64,000 bases of DNA from Candidatus Vogelbacteria bacterium (GCA_016188295.1 JACPIA010000011.1:3993-67992), one strand, 5' to 3'. Positions 47,448 to 56,506 are shown, counted from the first letter of the stretch. Made by a program: numbers and translations. Notes: generated by a model not told the origin, from the sequence alone.

Positions 47448-48918
47448 ATTTAACTCGATGCTTAGCCTTAATTTTAGCCAATTCCCCTTCTTCTACTTCA
47501 TCTTTCTTTTCTTTTCCGCTCTCACCTAATTTTTTAAGCTCACTGTCAGATAACAGCATTAATTCTTTAGCTTTAGTCAGTAAATAATCTTTGGTATTTT
47601 TAGTTGGATCCTCTAACACCTCCTCCAATAGAGCGTGCAAGATAAAGCCGATTTTTGGTCCCGGCTTTAGTGTTAACTTCCCCATCAAGTCAGTCCCATC
47701 TAGGGCTAACATGCCAACGGAGGTAGGTGCCCGCAAAGCCTCGTCAATCATCGCTTCATATTTACGGAGGCGGTAAGGATCCTCCTTAGGGCGACCCATG
47801 CCAATGCGGTCAGCCATCCGGACATTAATCAGTTCCCAGATAAGCTCACGGCCGACATTAGCGATAATCCGCCGCACGGCCGAAAGGGTTACCTTTCCTG
47901 TATCGCTGAAAAACATATGATTCCGGACCAATTTGGTCACTGTTTCGATGGTTTTGGTCGGATATTTAAGTCTGGTCAATAATTGTTTAGCCATTTTGGC
48001 ACCCACCACTTCATGACCGTAAAAAGTGTAATCCTGTTTGATGGTATCAAAACGACGGGTTCGTGGCTTGCCGATATCGTGACAAAGCGCACTAAGCCTC
48101 ACTTCTAAACCAAACTCTTTATCTGCGGCATGTTGGAGGGCTCTCAAGGTGTGTTGCCAGACATCGTAGATGTGCTCACCGTTTTGCTCAATACCCACAC
48201 CCTCAAGCAGTTCTGGGGCCAAGTGCTCCAATAAGCCATATTGCTTTAATAATTCAAGCCCTAGCATCGGTCGGGGCGACATAATAATCTTATTAAACTC
48301 AATTTGAATGCGTTCAATGGCGATATCTTTAATTAACGGTGCTAATTTAGTCATTTGCTTGGTGGTTTCGGTTTCAATAGCAAAATCTAAACTGCAAGCT
48401 AGGCGGATACCACGCATAATTCGTAGTGGATCCTCGTTTAGACGCTTACTGGCCTCCCCCACTGTCTTAATCAACTTGTCTTTTAAGTCTTTAATCCCAC
48501 TATAAAGGTCAATCAATTCGCCGGTACTGATTCTATAAGCCAAAGCATTGATCGTAAAATCGCGGCGCGAAAGATCTTCTTCAATTGTTTGACTAAATTT
48601 AACTTCATCGGGGTGGCGCTTGTCGCTATACTTCCCTTCTTGTCTGAAGGGGGTAATTTCTAAGGTCTTAAGAGTCAAATCAGTCTCTTCTTCATTAATC
48701 ACCGTAACGGTGCCAAAGCTATTTTCATAAACCGTTTTAGGATAAAGCGCGATAATCTCCTCTGGCGTGGCATTAGTGGTGATGTCCCAGTCCTCGGGCA
48801 CGCGACCTAAAACGAGATCGCGGACACAACCGCCCACCACATAAGCTGAAAAACCCCTATCTTCCAAGGTTTTGGTTGCACGTGAAACGGTGGTAGGGAT
48901 GGGTAGCTCTAGCTTCAT
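47446..48918 (-). CDS. cca: CCA tRNA nucleotidyltransferase with HD domain
   Basis: VGGCVRD..DWD, EDLSRRDFTINA, EDPLRIMR, HDIGKP. Confidence 0.94.
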   Translation of the reverse strand: MKLELPIPTTVSRATKTLEDRGFSAYVVGGCVRDLVLGRVPEDWDITTNATPEEIIALYPKTVYENSFGTVTVINEEETDLTLKTLEITPFRQEGKYSDKRHPDEVKFSQTIEEDLSRRDFTINALAYRISTGELIDLYSGIKDLKDKLIKTVGEASKRLNEDPLRIMRGIRLACSLDFAIETETTKQMTKLAPLIKDIAIERIQIEFNKIIMSPRPMLGLELLKQYGLLEHLAPELLEGVGIEQNGEHIYDVWQHTLRALQHAADKEFGLEVRLSALCHDIGKPRTRRFDTIKQDYTFYGHEVVGAKMAKQLLTRLKYPTKTIETVTKLVRNHMFFSDTGKVTLSAVRRIIANVGRELIWELINVRMADRIGMGRPKEDPYRLRKYEAMIDEALRAPTSVGMLALDGTDLMGKLTLKPGPKIGFILHALLEEVLEDPTKNTKDYLLTKAKELMLLSDSELKKLGESGKEKKDEVEEGELAKIKAKHRVK

Positions 48919-48951
48919 TGTTTCTTTATGATAGTATAAATAAGGTGATTT

Positions 48952-49023
48952 GTCCCCATGGTGAAATGGATATCACAACAGTCTTCGGAACTGTCGTTGG
49001 GGGTTCGAGTCCCTCTGGGGACA
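48952..49023 (+). tRNA. tRNA-Arg(TCG)
   Basis: Cloverleaf; anticodon arm ACAGT-CTTCGGA-ACTGT; GTTCGAGTC; CCA not encoded. Confidence 0.95.
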
Positions 49024-49086
49024 CACTTCGATTTATCTCAGTCAATACAAACAATTAATTTATTATGATAAGATAAATTCGTTTAA

Positions 49087-49157
49087 GCGGGTATGGTTTA
49101 GTGGTAGAACACGTCCTTGCCAAGGATGAGACGGGAGTTCGATTCTCCCTACCCGCA
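49087..49157 (+). tRNA. tRNA-Gly(GCC)
   Basis: GCGGGTA/TACCCGC acceptor; CGTCC-TTGCCAA-GGATG. Confidence 0.96.
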
Positions 49158-49187
49158 CACTATTTCTATGGGCACCACCGGCAATTA

Positions 49188-49217
49188 TGGGGATAAGTCT
49201 GGGGATAATGTGCATAA
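49188..49217 (-). promoter_or_regulatory. Three tandem DnaA-box-like 9-mers
   Basis: TGGGGATAA, TGGGGATAA, TGTGCATAA; each one mismatch from TGTGGATAA. Confidence 0.7.
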
Positions 49218-49342
49218 CGGACAAAAGGTCTAGGACTAAAGTCTCACATAAAATCGTTATTTATCAATAAAATAAAAATTAAAGTCAATTTAAAGGTCTA
49301 AAATGGACAGTTTGTTACTTAAGTAACGTTACACGTGAAAAT

Positions 49343-49735
49343 ATGTTCAAGATTAACCCTTCAGACAAGCAAAAGATCGGTTTAAAGGGAGAAGAAGTAG
49401 CTGCTAATTACCTTAAAAGCCAAGGTTTCACTATTATCGGTCAAAATGTCTGGAATAAGTGGGGTGAGATTGATTTAGTGGCTAAACAGGGGAGTAAATG
49501 GCACTTTGTGGAGGTAAAAACAGTCACACGTGAAACATTTTCACGTGAAACTGAAGTATTTAGTCCTGAAGATCAACTCCATCCTGGTAAATTGCGTCGT
49601 TTAGCTCGGTCGGTCGAGATTTATTTATTAAAAAATAATCTAGACGAAATAGATTGGCAAATAGATGGGCTTTTGGTGTATTTAAAACCCAATAGGGAGA
49701 CGTTACACGTGGAACTAGTGGAGGATATTATTTAA
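49343..49735 (+). CDS. YraN (UPF0102) family protein
   Basis: GLKGEEVAANYL, GEIDLV, FVEVK. Confidence 0.92.
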   Translation: MFKINPSDKQKIGLKGEEVAANYLKSQGFTIIGQNVWNKWGEIDLVAKQGSKWHFVEVKTVTRETFSRETEVFSPEDQLHPGKLRRLARSVEIYLLKNNLDEIDWQIDGLLVYLKPNRETLHVELVEDII

Positions 49736-49759
49736 ACATGGTAAGCTGATTTGGTGTTA

Positions 49760-49832
49760 CGGAGTGTGGTGTAACGGCTAACATTCTCGCTTTGGGAGCG
49801 AGCGACTCAGGGTTCGAATCCCTGCACTCCGA
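49760..49832 (+). tRNA. tRNA-Pro(TGG)
   Basis: CGGAGTG/CACTCCG acceptor; CTCGC-TTTGGGA-GCGAG; GTTCGAATC. Confidence 0.95.
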
Positions 49833-49863
49833 CTTTATTAGGTTTAAGGTATAATAAAAGTAT

Positions 49864-50046
49864 ATGAAAAACGTAAATTTTAAGCGGGGAGTGAGTTGGC
49901 CGATTGTGGCGATTGTAGTGGTGATTATCGCCTTGGCTTTAGCTTGGTGGTACTCGCGTTCACTTAACACAGCAGTCGAGAGTAATGTCTCGGACTATCA
50001 AACCACCGGCCAAACCGCCATCAGCGATGAATTTGGTGGTAACTAA
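49864..50046 (+). CDS. Small single-TM protein with prepilin-like leader
   Basis: KRG followed by a hydrophobic stretch; TATAAT upstream. Confidence 0.65.
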   Translation: MKNVNFKRGVSWPIVAIVVVIIALALAWWYSRSLNTAVESNVSDYQTTGQTAISDEFGGN

Positions 50047-50047
50047 T

Positions 50048-50800
50048 CTAAGATAGGGGATTAAAACTCCAAAAGTGCTCAAACATTGAGCGTAAAGTAA
50101 AGTTGACCGTAGGACTACGCAAAACAATACCAAACATCTCGTCTTTGTGATAAGAAACAAAGGCGACTTTTTGGCGGTAAGCATAAATGCCAATAGTAAA
50201 AGGGTAATCATCAACCGATAAATAACGCACCTCCTCAAACTCCTCCGGTTTAGGGAAAATTTTATAATCTCTGCGGTGGTCGCCAGTTAAATTGATGTTG
50301 ACCCGACGCAATTTGATCTCGCCGGCAATGCGCCGTGGCTCCCAGTCCTCGCGCAAAAACTCCAACATCCCTTTAGAGATTAGGTCTTTAGGGGCGGCCA
50401 GGGCCAAAATCTCGCCGGGCTTTTTAAGCATATCGTCGTAAATTTTTTCCAGCCCCAGCTTGCCCTCGTAGACGCGCACGGCGGGCTTTTTAGTTTTTTG
50501 ATTTTGGAGTGCCTCTAAGTCCGGCAAGATTTGCTTAAAAATACTCTCGCGCTGTTTTAAAAAGAGACCCACATTCTCGGGTTCCTCCATAATAAAAATT
50601 CTTTTTTTGTTATTTTGACTTTGATTGACCAGCTTTTTCTCTTGCAAACCCTTAATAATCTCGTAAATAGTGGTGCGCTTAAGTCCCGACTCACTGGCTA
50701 GGTCTTGGATAGTAGCTGGGCCCAGTTGTAGCCCAGCCACGTACAGCGCCGCCTCCTTATCACTTAAGCCTATTTTTTGTAAATAATTTTCTAATTGCAT
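50048..50800 (-). CDS. TrmB-family transcriptional regulator
   Basis: GLSDKEAALY..GLKRTTIY wHTH; VRVYEG sensor domain. Confidence 0.88.
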   Translation of the reverse strand: MQLENYLQKIGLSDKEAALYVAGLQLGPATIQDLASESGLKRTTIYEIIKGLQEKKLVNQSQNNKKRIFIMEEPENVGLFLKQRESIFKQILPDLEALQNQKTKKPAVRVYEGKLGLEKIYDDMLKKPGEILALAAPKDLISKGMLEFLREDWEPRRIAGEIKLRRVNINLTGDHRRDYKIFPKPEEFEEVRYLSVDDYPFTIGIYAYRQKVAFVSYHKDEMFGIVLRSPTVNFTLRSMFEHFWSFNPLS

Positions 50801-50986
50801 ATCCTTTTATTATATATCTGTCAGCTTTTTCGTCAACATAATTATTACAAAAATACCTATGAATCAAGCTATTTTAGATTAGTTTTTAAAAAATGACCAA
50901 AATTAAGACGTTTTAATAATTTTAATTTAAGCTTAAGCCAGACCTAGGTCATTGAAAACAAAATAAACCAATGGGAGGGAGAAAAT

Positions 50987-51613
50987 ATGAAGAGCATGTG
51001 GAAGTTTGTGATTACAGGCGGACCGTGCGGTGGCAAGACCTCGGTGATCAAGGCACTGCAGTGCAAGTTTGCCGGCCAAGTCGCCTTTGTGGGCGAGATG
51101 GCTACTGCGCTACTTGATGTTTTTCCGCTACCACACAGAGATGTTGTGTTCAGTTCCGACTGGCTGTACCAATTCCAGTCAGTCGTCTACGCGGCGCAAG
51201 TCGGGGCCGAAGTGGCCTGGCTCGCCTCACCTTACGAGGTGATGATCTGCGACCGCGGCCGCCTCGACGGCGCCGCCTACCTCGGCAATAAAGAAGTTTT
51301 CTGCCGCTTGGTAGGCGAAAGCGAGTCAGCGATGTTGGCAGCTTATGACTGGGTGTTCCATCTCGAGTCATTAGCTGTCCAATGTCCCGACCGGTACTTG
51401 GCGCTCAAAGCGGGTAATTCTAACCGTTACGAGAGCGTGGAGGAGGCACAAAAAGTTGACACCGCCCTCAAAGAGGCCTGGTCGGGCCATGTTAACCGTC
51501 TTGTCTTATCCGGACAGGATGATCTGGAGTCAAAAATCCAACTCATCCGCCAGGTGATTGCTGACCATCTAGCTCAACCACAAGGAGATCTGACTAATGT
51601 CTGCCACTACTAA
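50987..51613 (+). CDS. AAA_28 / NadR-TTD14-type P-loop kinase
   Basis: VITGGPCGGKTS, EMAT, CDRG..DGAAY, YDWVFHL, NRYE. Confidence 0.85.
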   Translation: MKSMWKFVITGGPCGGKTSVIKALQCKFAGQVAFVGEMATALLDVFPLPHRDVVFSSDWLYQFQSVVYAAQVGAEVAWLASPYEVMICDRGRLDGAAYLGNKEVFCRLVGESESAMLAAYDWVFHLESLAVQCPDRYLALKAGNSNRYESVEEAQKVDTALKEAWSGHVNRLVLSGQDDLESKIQLIRQVIADHLAQPQGDLTNVCHY

Positions 51614-52088
51614 AGTTGAGATTGAGCGCAAGTGGCTCTTGAGACAAGTACCACAAGACGAGATCCGCGACTATCGACAAGTACCTTGTGTCTACATTGA
51701 CCAAGCCTACTTGCTGACGGGTAAGCGTGAGCTCCGTCTCCGTCGCTACGGCAATGCCTTTTACCTGACCGAAAAGGTGGGTAGTGGCTTGTCGCGCCAA
51801 GAGAGCGAGATCGCCATCACTCGCGAGCACTACGAGGTACTCCTGCCTCAAGCCTCCAACTTGATCCGTAAGTATCGTTTTAAGATCAAGTTAGAGGGCG
51901 GTCTCACGCTCGAGATCGACCAATATCGCGACACGCTTGCTGGCCTGGTGGTGGCTGAGTGTGAGTTTACCACCCCCGAGAGCGCCGCCCTCTTTACCCC
52001 TCCCGCCTGGTTGCCGGTAATTAAGGAGGTTACCGGCGACATCGACTACTCTAATCAGTTTCTCTCCAAATACGGTCTGCCTACTTAG
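51597..52088 (+). CDS. CYTH domain triphosphate tunnel enzyme
   Basis: EIERKW, QAYL, LRLRR, LTEK, EID, AECEF. Confidence 0.9.
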   Translation: MSATTKVEIERKWLLRQVPQDEIRDYRQVPCVYIDQAYLLTGKRELRLRRYGNAFYLTEKVGSGLSRQESEIAITREHYEVLLPQASNLIRKYRFKIKLEGGLTLEIDQYRDTLAGLVVAECEFTTPESAALFTPPAWLPVIKEVTGDIDYSNQFLSKYGLPT

Positions 52089-52131
52089 GCGGGCCTTTTC
52101 TTTATCTATCCAGCCTGCTACGATAGTAATA

Positions 52132-53253
52132 ATGAAGTATCTCCAATCATTGATTTTAATTTCCGTTTTAGTTTTAGCACCGAGCGCCGCTTGGGCGGCC
52201 GAGGCGCGGGTGGGTAAGACTTTTAATTTACCAGCGACAGCTAATTTGGCTACCAATCTTTACGCTTTAGTGGGAGATCTAAATTTGGCTGGGCCAGTAA
52301 TGGGTGATATTTTTACTGCCGCGGGGCGGACGGTGATTACGGCGCCAGTCCAGGGTGACTTATTTGTTGCTAGTGGTAATATCACGGTTACGGGGCCGGT
52401 TTATGGTGATGTTCGCGTGGTTGGTGGTACGGTGGCAATCGGTGATGAAGTGGGAGGAGATGTGGCGGTTGCCGGCGGCCAAGTCCATTTATTACCAGCC
52501 TCACGAGTGGATCAAGATGTTTTAGTGCTCGGTGGTGCGACCATTATTGATGGTTCGATCGACGGTTCTTTGAGGGCGATCGGCGGTAAGCTACTAATTA
52601 ACGGAGCCATTACTGGGCCAGTTAGTGCTCGGGTAGATGAACTAGTGCTAGGGGAGCAAGCGGTACTAAGTCAAGGGATTAATTACCAATCACCGCAGGC
52701 TTTAGTGCGGCACGTCAGAGCTCAAGTCAGTGGCGCGACCATATTTAATCAATTATCAAGTCGTTTGCCGGCGGTCTTAGCTTTAGTCGGTGTCTGGGCT
52801 TTATTTAAGTTTTTGACTTTATTAGTTTTTGCTACTTTTTTGTATGTGGTTTTGCCTCGACCGGTTGGCGCGATTGTAACTACCACTTTAACACACTTTG
52901 GCCGCTCGCTTGGAGCTGGACTGGCCACTTTGATTTTGGTCCCAGCTCTGGTTATTATCTTATCGCTGACGATTGTGGGTTTGCCCTTGGGTTTTTTTAT
53001 CACCTGTCTCTATCTAGCTTTGCTTGTTATGGCTTCGGTATTTGCTGGTTTAGTTTGTGGGGCAATACTGGAGAAATTATTTAGACGCAAAAAGGAGTAC
53101 GAACTTTCGTGGTGGGGAGTGCTCGGCGGCACGACAGCTTTGTTTATTGTTTCGCTGGTGCCGATTATCGGCTGGTTAGTTGGAATCGTTGTTTTTGTGG
53201 CTACTTTTGGCGGTTTAGCGATTACTACTTATCATCTCATCACCAAACCTTAG
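52132..53253 (+). CDS. Membrane protein with bactofilin-like beta-helical repeats
   Basis: Repeated V.GD...GG motifs followed by about six TMs. Confidence 0.8.
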   Translation: MKYLQSLILISVLVLAPSAAWAAEARVGKTFNLPATANLATNLYALVGDLNLAGPVMGDIFTAAGRTVITAPVQGDLFVASGNITVTGPVYGDVRVVGGTVAIGDEVGGDVAVAGGQVHLLPASRVDQDVLVLGGATIIDGSIDGSLRAIGGKLLINGAITGPVSARVDELVLGEQAVLSQGINYQSPQALVRHVRAQVSGATIFNQLSSRLPAVLALVGVWALFKFLTLLVFATFLYVVLPRPVGAIVTTTLTHFGRSLGAGLATLILVPALVIILSLTIVGLPLGFFITCLYLALLVMASVFAGLVCGAILEKLFRRKKEYELSWWGVLGGTTALFIVSLVPIIGWLVGIVVFVATFGGLAITTYHLITKP

Positions 53254-53351
53254 TAGTGTTTGTTTGACTTTAAAACATAGCCAGTGCATACTGTTAAGGT
53301 TGTAAGTTTTTGGTCGCGTCTTACATTTATTTAATCACACTATCGAACTTT

Positions 53352-53618
53352 ATGGCTACTAAGCTTTATGTTGGTGGAATTCCTTATTCTACCAATGCTG
53401 ATGCATTAAAGGCGGCTTTCTCCCAAGCGGGTGAGGTTAGCTCTTCAACCATCATTACCGACAAGATGACCGGCCGCTCCCGTGGCTTTGGTTTCGTCGA
53501 AATGGCCAATGATGCTGATGCACAAAAGGCAATCGAGTTGTGGCACGGCAAGGACTTTGAGGGTCGAACTCTCACGGTTAACGAGGCCCGCCCACTGGCT
53601 GATCGTCCAATGCGTTAA
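53352..53618 (+). CDS. RRM RNA-binding protein
   Basis: LYVGGI (RNP2), RGFGFVEM (RNP1), VNEARP. Confidence 0.95.
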   Translation: MATKLYVGGIPYSTNADALKAAFSQAGEVSSSTIITDKMTGRSRGFGFVEMANDADAQKAIELWHGKDFEGRTLTVNEARPLADRPMR

Positions 53619-53632
53619 TTAAACGCTAGGAT

Positions 53633-53677
53633 GACCAACCCCCGATCCTCTTAAAGAGGATCGGGGGTTGGTCTTTT
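53633..53677 (+). terminator. Intrinsic terminator (20-bp arms)
   Basis: GACCAACCCCCGATCCTCTT-A-AAGAGGATCGGGGGTTGGTC-TTTT. Confidence 0.85.
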
Positions 53678-53744
53678 ATAATAAAATAAATAGAGGCCGA
53701 GCATTGTGGAGCGCTCGGCCTCGGGGTGGGGGATGGGGTAAAAA

Positions 53745-54068
53745 TCAAGCTACTGCCAGATCTCGAGAAAGATCGGGATTATAACAACTACCACAAGCGA
53801 TTTCTCCGACATGGAGACAAAAGACACCTTGGCAGTCAGTTACCGCAAATTGTCCACCGCGTATGAGCAGAGTCAGATGGCCATCGCGGTACATTTCTGG
53901 TGGATACCTAAAGGTGACCACCAAATCGACACCTTGTCTCTTCTCTGTTGCTTCGATCCGACGACTGATTTTCCGATGAAGGATTCCTGTCGCTGCTTCG
54001 ATGATTCTTGTTGCCGTGTCCCTCCTTTTTCCATCAGTATCTTCAGTAGTAGCAACCCTGGTACCCAT
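53745..54068 (-). CDS. Hypothetical protein with Cys-rich C-terminus
   Basis: SD AAGGAG; hairpin at 53693-53722 downstream. Confidence 0.6.
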   Translation of the reverse strand: MGTRVATTEDTDGKRRDTATRIIEAATGILHRKISRRIEATEKRQGVDLVVTFRYPPEMYRDGHLTLLIRGGQFAVTDCQGVFCLHVGEIACGSCYNPDLSRDLAVA

Positions 54069-54224
54069 CCTGCTTTCTCCTTATACTAACGACCTTGGCA
54101 CTTCCCCCTTCTGTCGCTTACCATCAAAAGCTACTAAAGAGTACCAAGAAGCGCCTCCAATATCTAGTTTACGCTCTCTAAACCCTTTGTCAATATTGGT
54201 TTTTCGGAGTAAAGTGGATAGCGA

Positions 54225-54295
54225 GCGAGTGTGGTTCAATGGTAGAATAACTGCCTTCCAAGCAGTAGACATGGGTCCGATCCCCATCACTCGCA
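54225..54295 (+). tRNA. tRNA-Gly(TCC)
   Basis: GCGAGTG/CACTCGC acceptor; ACTGC-CTTCCAA-GCAGT; T-loop TCCGATC. Confidence 0.92.
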
Positions 54296-54419
54296 CACTT
54301 GCCATGTACCGCACGGCTCTTTTGATACCCAGATTGTCTGCACTACTGTGTCTAGTATATGGGGTACTTGCCAGGCGGGTTTAACAGAATTAGTTATCCA
54401 CTTTTTCTTTTGTGGAGTG

Positions 54420-54448
54420 TTGACAATACCCCCTCGGGGGTATACACT
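54420..54448 (+). promoter_or_regulatory. Promoter with CsoR/RcnR-type operator
   Basis: TTGACA-17-TACACT with ATACCCCC-TC-GGGGGTAT (54426-54443) filling the spacer. Confidence 0.88.
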
Positions 54449-54463
54449 TATTATGGCAATCTT

Positions 54464-54868
54464 ATGAAATCCATACTTACACTAATTTTGATTGTTAGTT
54501 TTGCGGGAATAGCCGTCTTTGGCTTTACTATTTTTAGCCATAGTATGAGTGAATCAACCTCTGGTTGTGTTACTTCTCCCATAGATGGAACACCTTGTCC
54601 AACAAATATTGTTGCTATGACTTTGCAACACGTCTCTGCATTGCAAACGCTTACAACATCAGTAACATCATCTATCTCTAGTTGGATTTTATTACTTGCA
54701 TTTATACTCCTGGTTTCATTTTCGATATCTATATTTTATAAAAATTTACTCTTTCCAAAACTGGAATTATTGCATCAACGTTTACGGGATCTAGTATTTA
54801 ATTCTTTCTATAGTAAACAAAAAATTACCTCTTGGCTTTCATTGTTTGAGAATAGTCCAGCCTTCTAA
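54464..54868 (+). CDS. Membrane protein with Cys pair, candidate metal-sensing leader
   Basis: TM, C-x8-C, His, second TM, C-terminal WLSLFENSP. Confidence 0.7.
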   Translation: MKSILTLILIVSFAGIAVFGFTIFSHSMSESTSGCVTSPIDGTPCPTNIVAMTLQHVSALQTLTTSVTSSISSWILLLAFILLVSFSISIFYKNLLFPKLELLHQRLRDLVFNSFYSKQKITSWLSLFENSPAF

Positions 54869-54977
54869 TATTGGCACGTATTAAGCGCAAGCTTTTTTCG
54901 TGCTATTTAATATCCTTTTATCGGGGTATTTTTGTTATTTTACTAACTTTAATCATTAAATCTATGTAAAAAATTAT

Positions 54978-55844
54978 ATGGAAACATTAGTAGGAACATC
55001 ATTAATAGCAGCGTTTGTGGCTGGAGTTGCCGCACTCTTTGCTCCTTGCTGTATTACAGTGCTTCTCCCGTCTTACTTGGGAAATATCTTCAGAGAGAAA
55101 TACAAAATCTTCTTTATGACTTTTGTCTTTTTCTTGGGAGTCGCAACAGTCTTTCTGCCAATCGGACTGGGGGTATCTTTCTTAGCACAAGCATTAAGTA
55201 AGTACCACAATATAATCTTTAGTGTCGGTGGAATCTTCTTACTTATACTAGGGATAATAATGCTTTTAGGCAAGAAGTTTTCTACTCCAACTTCTGTTCG
55301 AGATGAAATGAAAAAGCATGTGTCTTCAATTTACGTTCTAGGAATTTTCTCAGCAATAGCTACTACTTGCTGTGCTCCCGTATTGGCTGGAGTGCTTACA
55401 CTATCAATGGCAAGCGGGACAATTGCTTGGGGATTACTCTATACCTTGGCTTACATAATCGGGATGACACTGCCGTTGTTTATAATCGCGGCGTTTCTCG
55501 ACAAATTTAATCTAACTGAAAAGTTCACTGGAATAAAGAAAACTATCTCTATGAAAATTGGAGGTTTTAGTTGGCAGATTACTATTTCAGAGCTGATCTC
55601 TGGATTAATCTTTCTTCTAATGGGTGGTTATATAACTTACTTAGCTTTCAGTAGTAAATTATTTGTTCACTCAGATTATCAATTGGAAATGAATATATGG
55701 AATGCCAAGTTTTTGGGGGCAATTAATGGCTTTACGTCTTTGATCCCTGAATATATTTGGGCGTTCATCTTTATTGGAATAGTGTCGTATGTGTCTTATG
55801 TATTTATTAAACAATATAAAAAACAAAAATATGAGCAAAAATAA
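54978..55844 (+). CDS. CcdA/DsbD-family membrane disulfide transporter
   Basis: FAPCC..LLPSY and TCCAPVL; polytopic. Confidence 0.88.
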   Translation: METLVGTSLIAAFVAGVAALFAPCCITVLLPSYLGNIFREKYKIFFMTFVFFLGVATVFLPIGLGVSFLAQALSKYHNIIFSVGGIFLLILGIIMLLGKKFSTPTSVRDEMKKHVSSIYVLGIFSAIATTCCAPVLAGVLTLSMASGTIAWGLLYTLAYIIGMTLPLFIIAAFLDKFNLTEKFTGIKKTISMKIGGFSWQITISELISGLIFLLMGGYITYLAFSSKLFVHSDYQLEMNIWNAKFLGAINGFTSLIPEYIWAFIFIGIVSYVSYVFIKQYKKQKYEQK

Positions 55845-56496
55845 TAATGATAAAAAATCCCCTGTAATTTCGATTGTTATCGTTTCAGTTGTGGTGTTGG
55901 GTTTGGGGTATTTTCTGTTCAAGAGTTCACCAGATAATTCTCAACAAAAGCAAAGTTCTAATCAGACTGCTCTTGTTGATAATATGCACGGAGGATCAGC
56001 TGGGGCTCCAACTAGCGAACAACTAAATTCACTTGTTGGAAAGCCTATGCCAGATTTTCAACTGTCAGATAAGGACGGGAAAGTATATAGTGTCGCTGAT
56101 TTGAAAGGTAAAGATACAGTTTTGTTCTTTAACGAAGGCCTTATGTGCTATCCAGCCTGTTGGAATCAGATAGCTGCCTTTGGTAGTGATCCAAGATTTA
56201 ACAATGATCAAATTCAAGCTATATCTGTCGTAGTTGATTCTGCAAAAGATTGGGAAACCGCAAAAGCTAAAATGCCAGAGCTTGTAAAGGCTACCACCAT
56301 GTTTGACACAGGGGCGGCTGTATCTCGACAGCTTGGTATGCTAACTACCACTTCATCAATGCATAGAGGTTCATTACCTGGTCATACCTATATGATTGTA
56401 GACAAGAATGGGGTTGTCAGATATGTACTTGATGATCCAAATATGGCGATAGCCAATGATATGCTCTTCGGTAAAATTGGAGAATTAAAATTATAA
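55831..56496 (+). CDS. Membrane-anchored redoxin (AhpC/TSA-like)
   Basis: GKPMPDFQL, LKGK, CYPAC, IVDKNGVVRY. Confidence 0.85.
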   Translation: MSKNNNDKKSPVISIVIVSVVVLGLGYFLFKSSPDNSQQKQSSNQTALVDNMHGGSAGAPTSEQLNSLVGKPMPDFQLSDKDGKVYSVADLKGKDTVLFFNEGLMCYPACWNQIAAFGSDPRFNNDQIQAISVVVDSAKDWETAKAKMPELVKATTMFDTGAAVSRQLGMLTTTSSMHRGSLPGHTYMIVDKNGVVRYVLDDPNMAIANDMLFGKIGELKL

Positions 56497-56506
56497 AATA
56501 AATATT

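Larger units (their letters stand above)
48874..49716. promoter_or_regulatory. Cluster of five parS-like sites
   Basis: Matches to TGTTTCACGTGAAACA at 48874, 49327, 49522, 49537 and 49701. Confidence 0.85.

Noticed and set aside
49728-49970. 80-aa minus-strand ORF
   Set aside because: Antisense to tRNA-Pro
54001-54384. ORFs 54001-54384 and 54081-54314
   Set aside because: Overlap tRNA-Gly(TCC)
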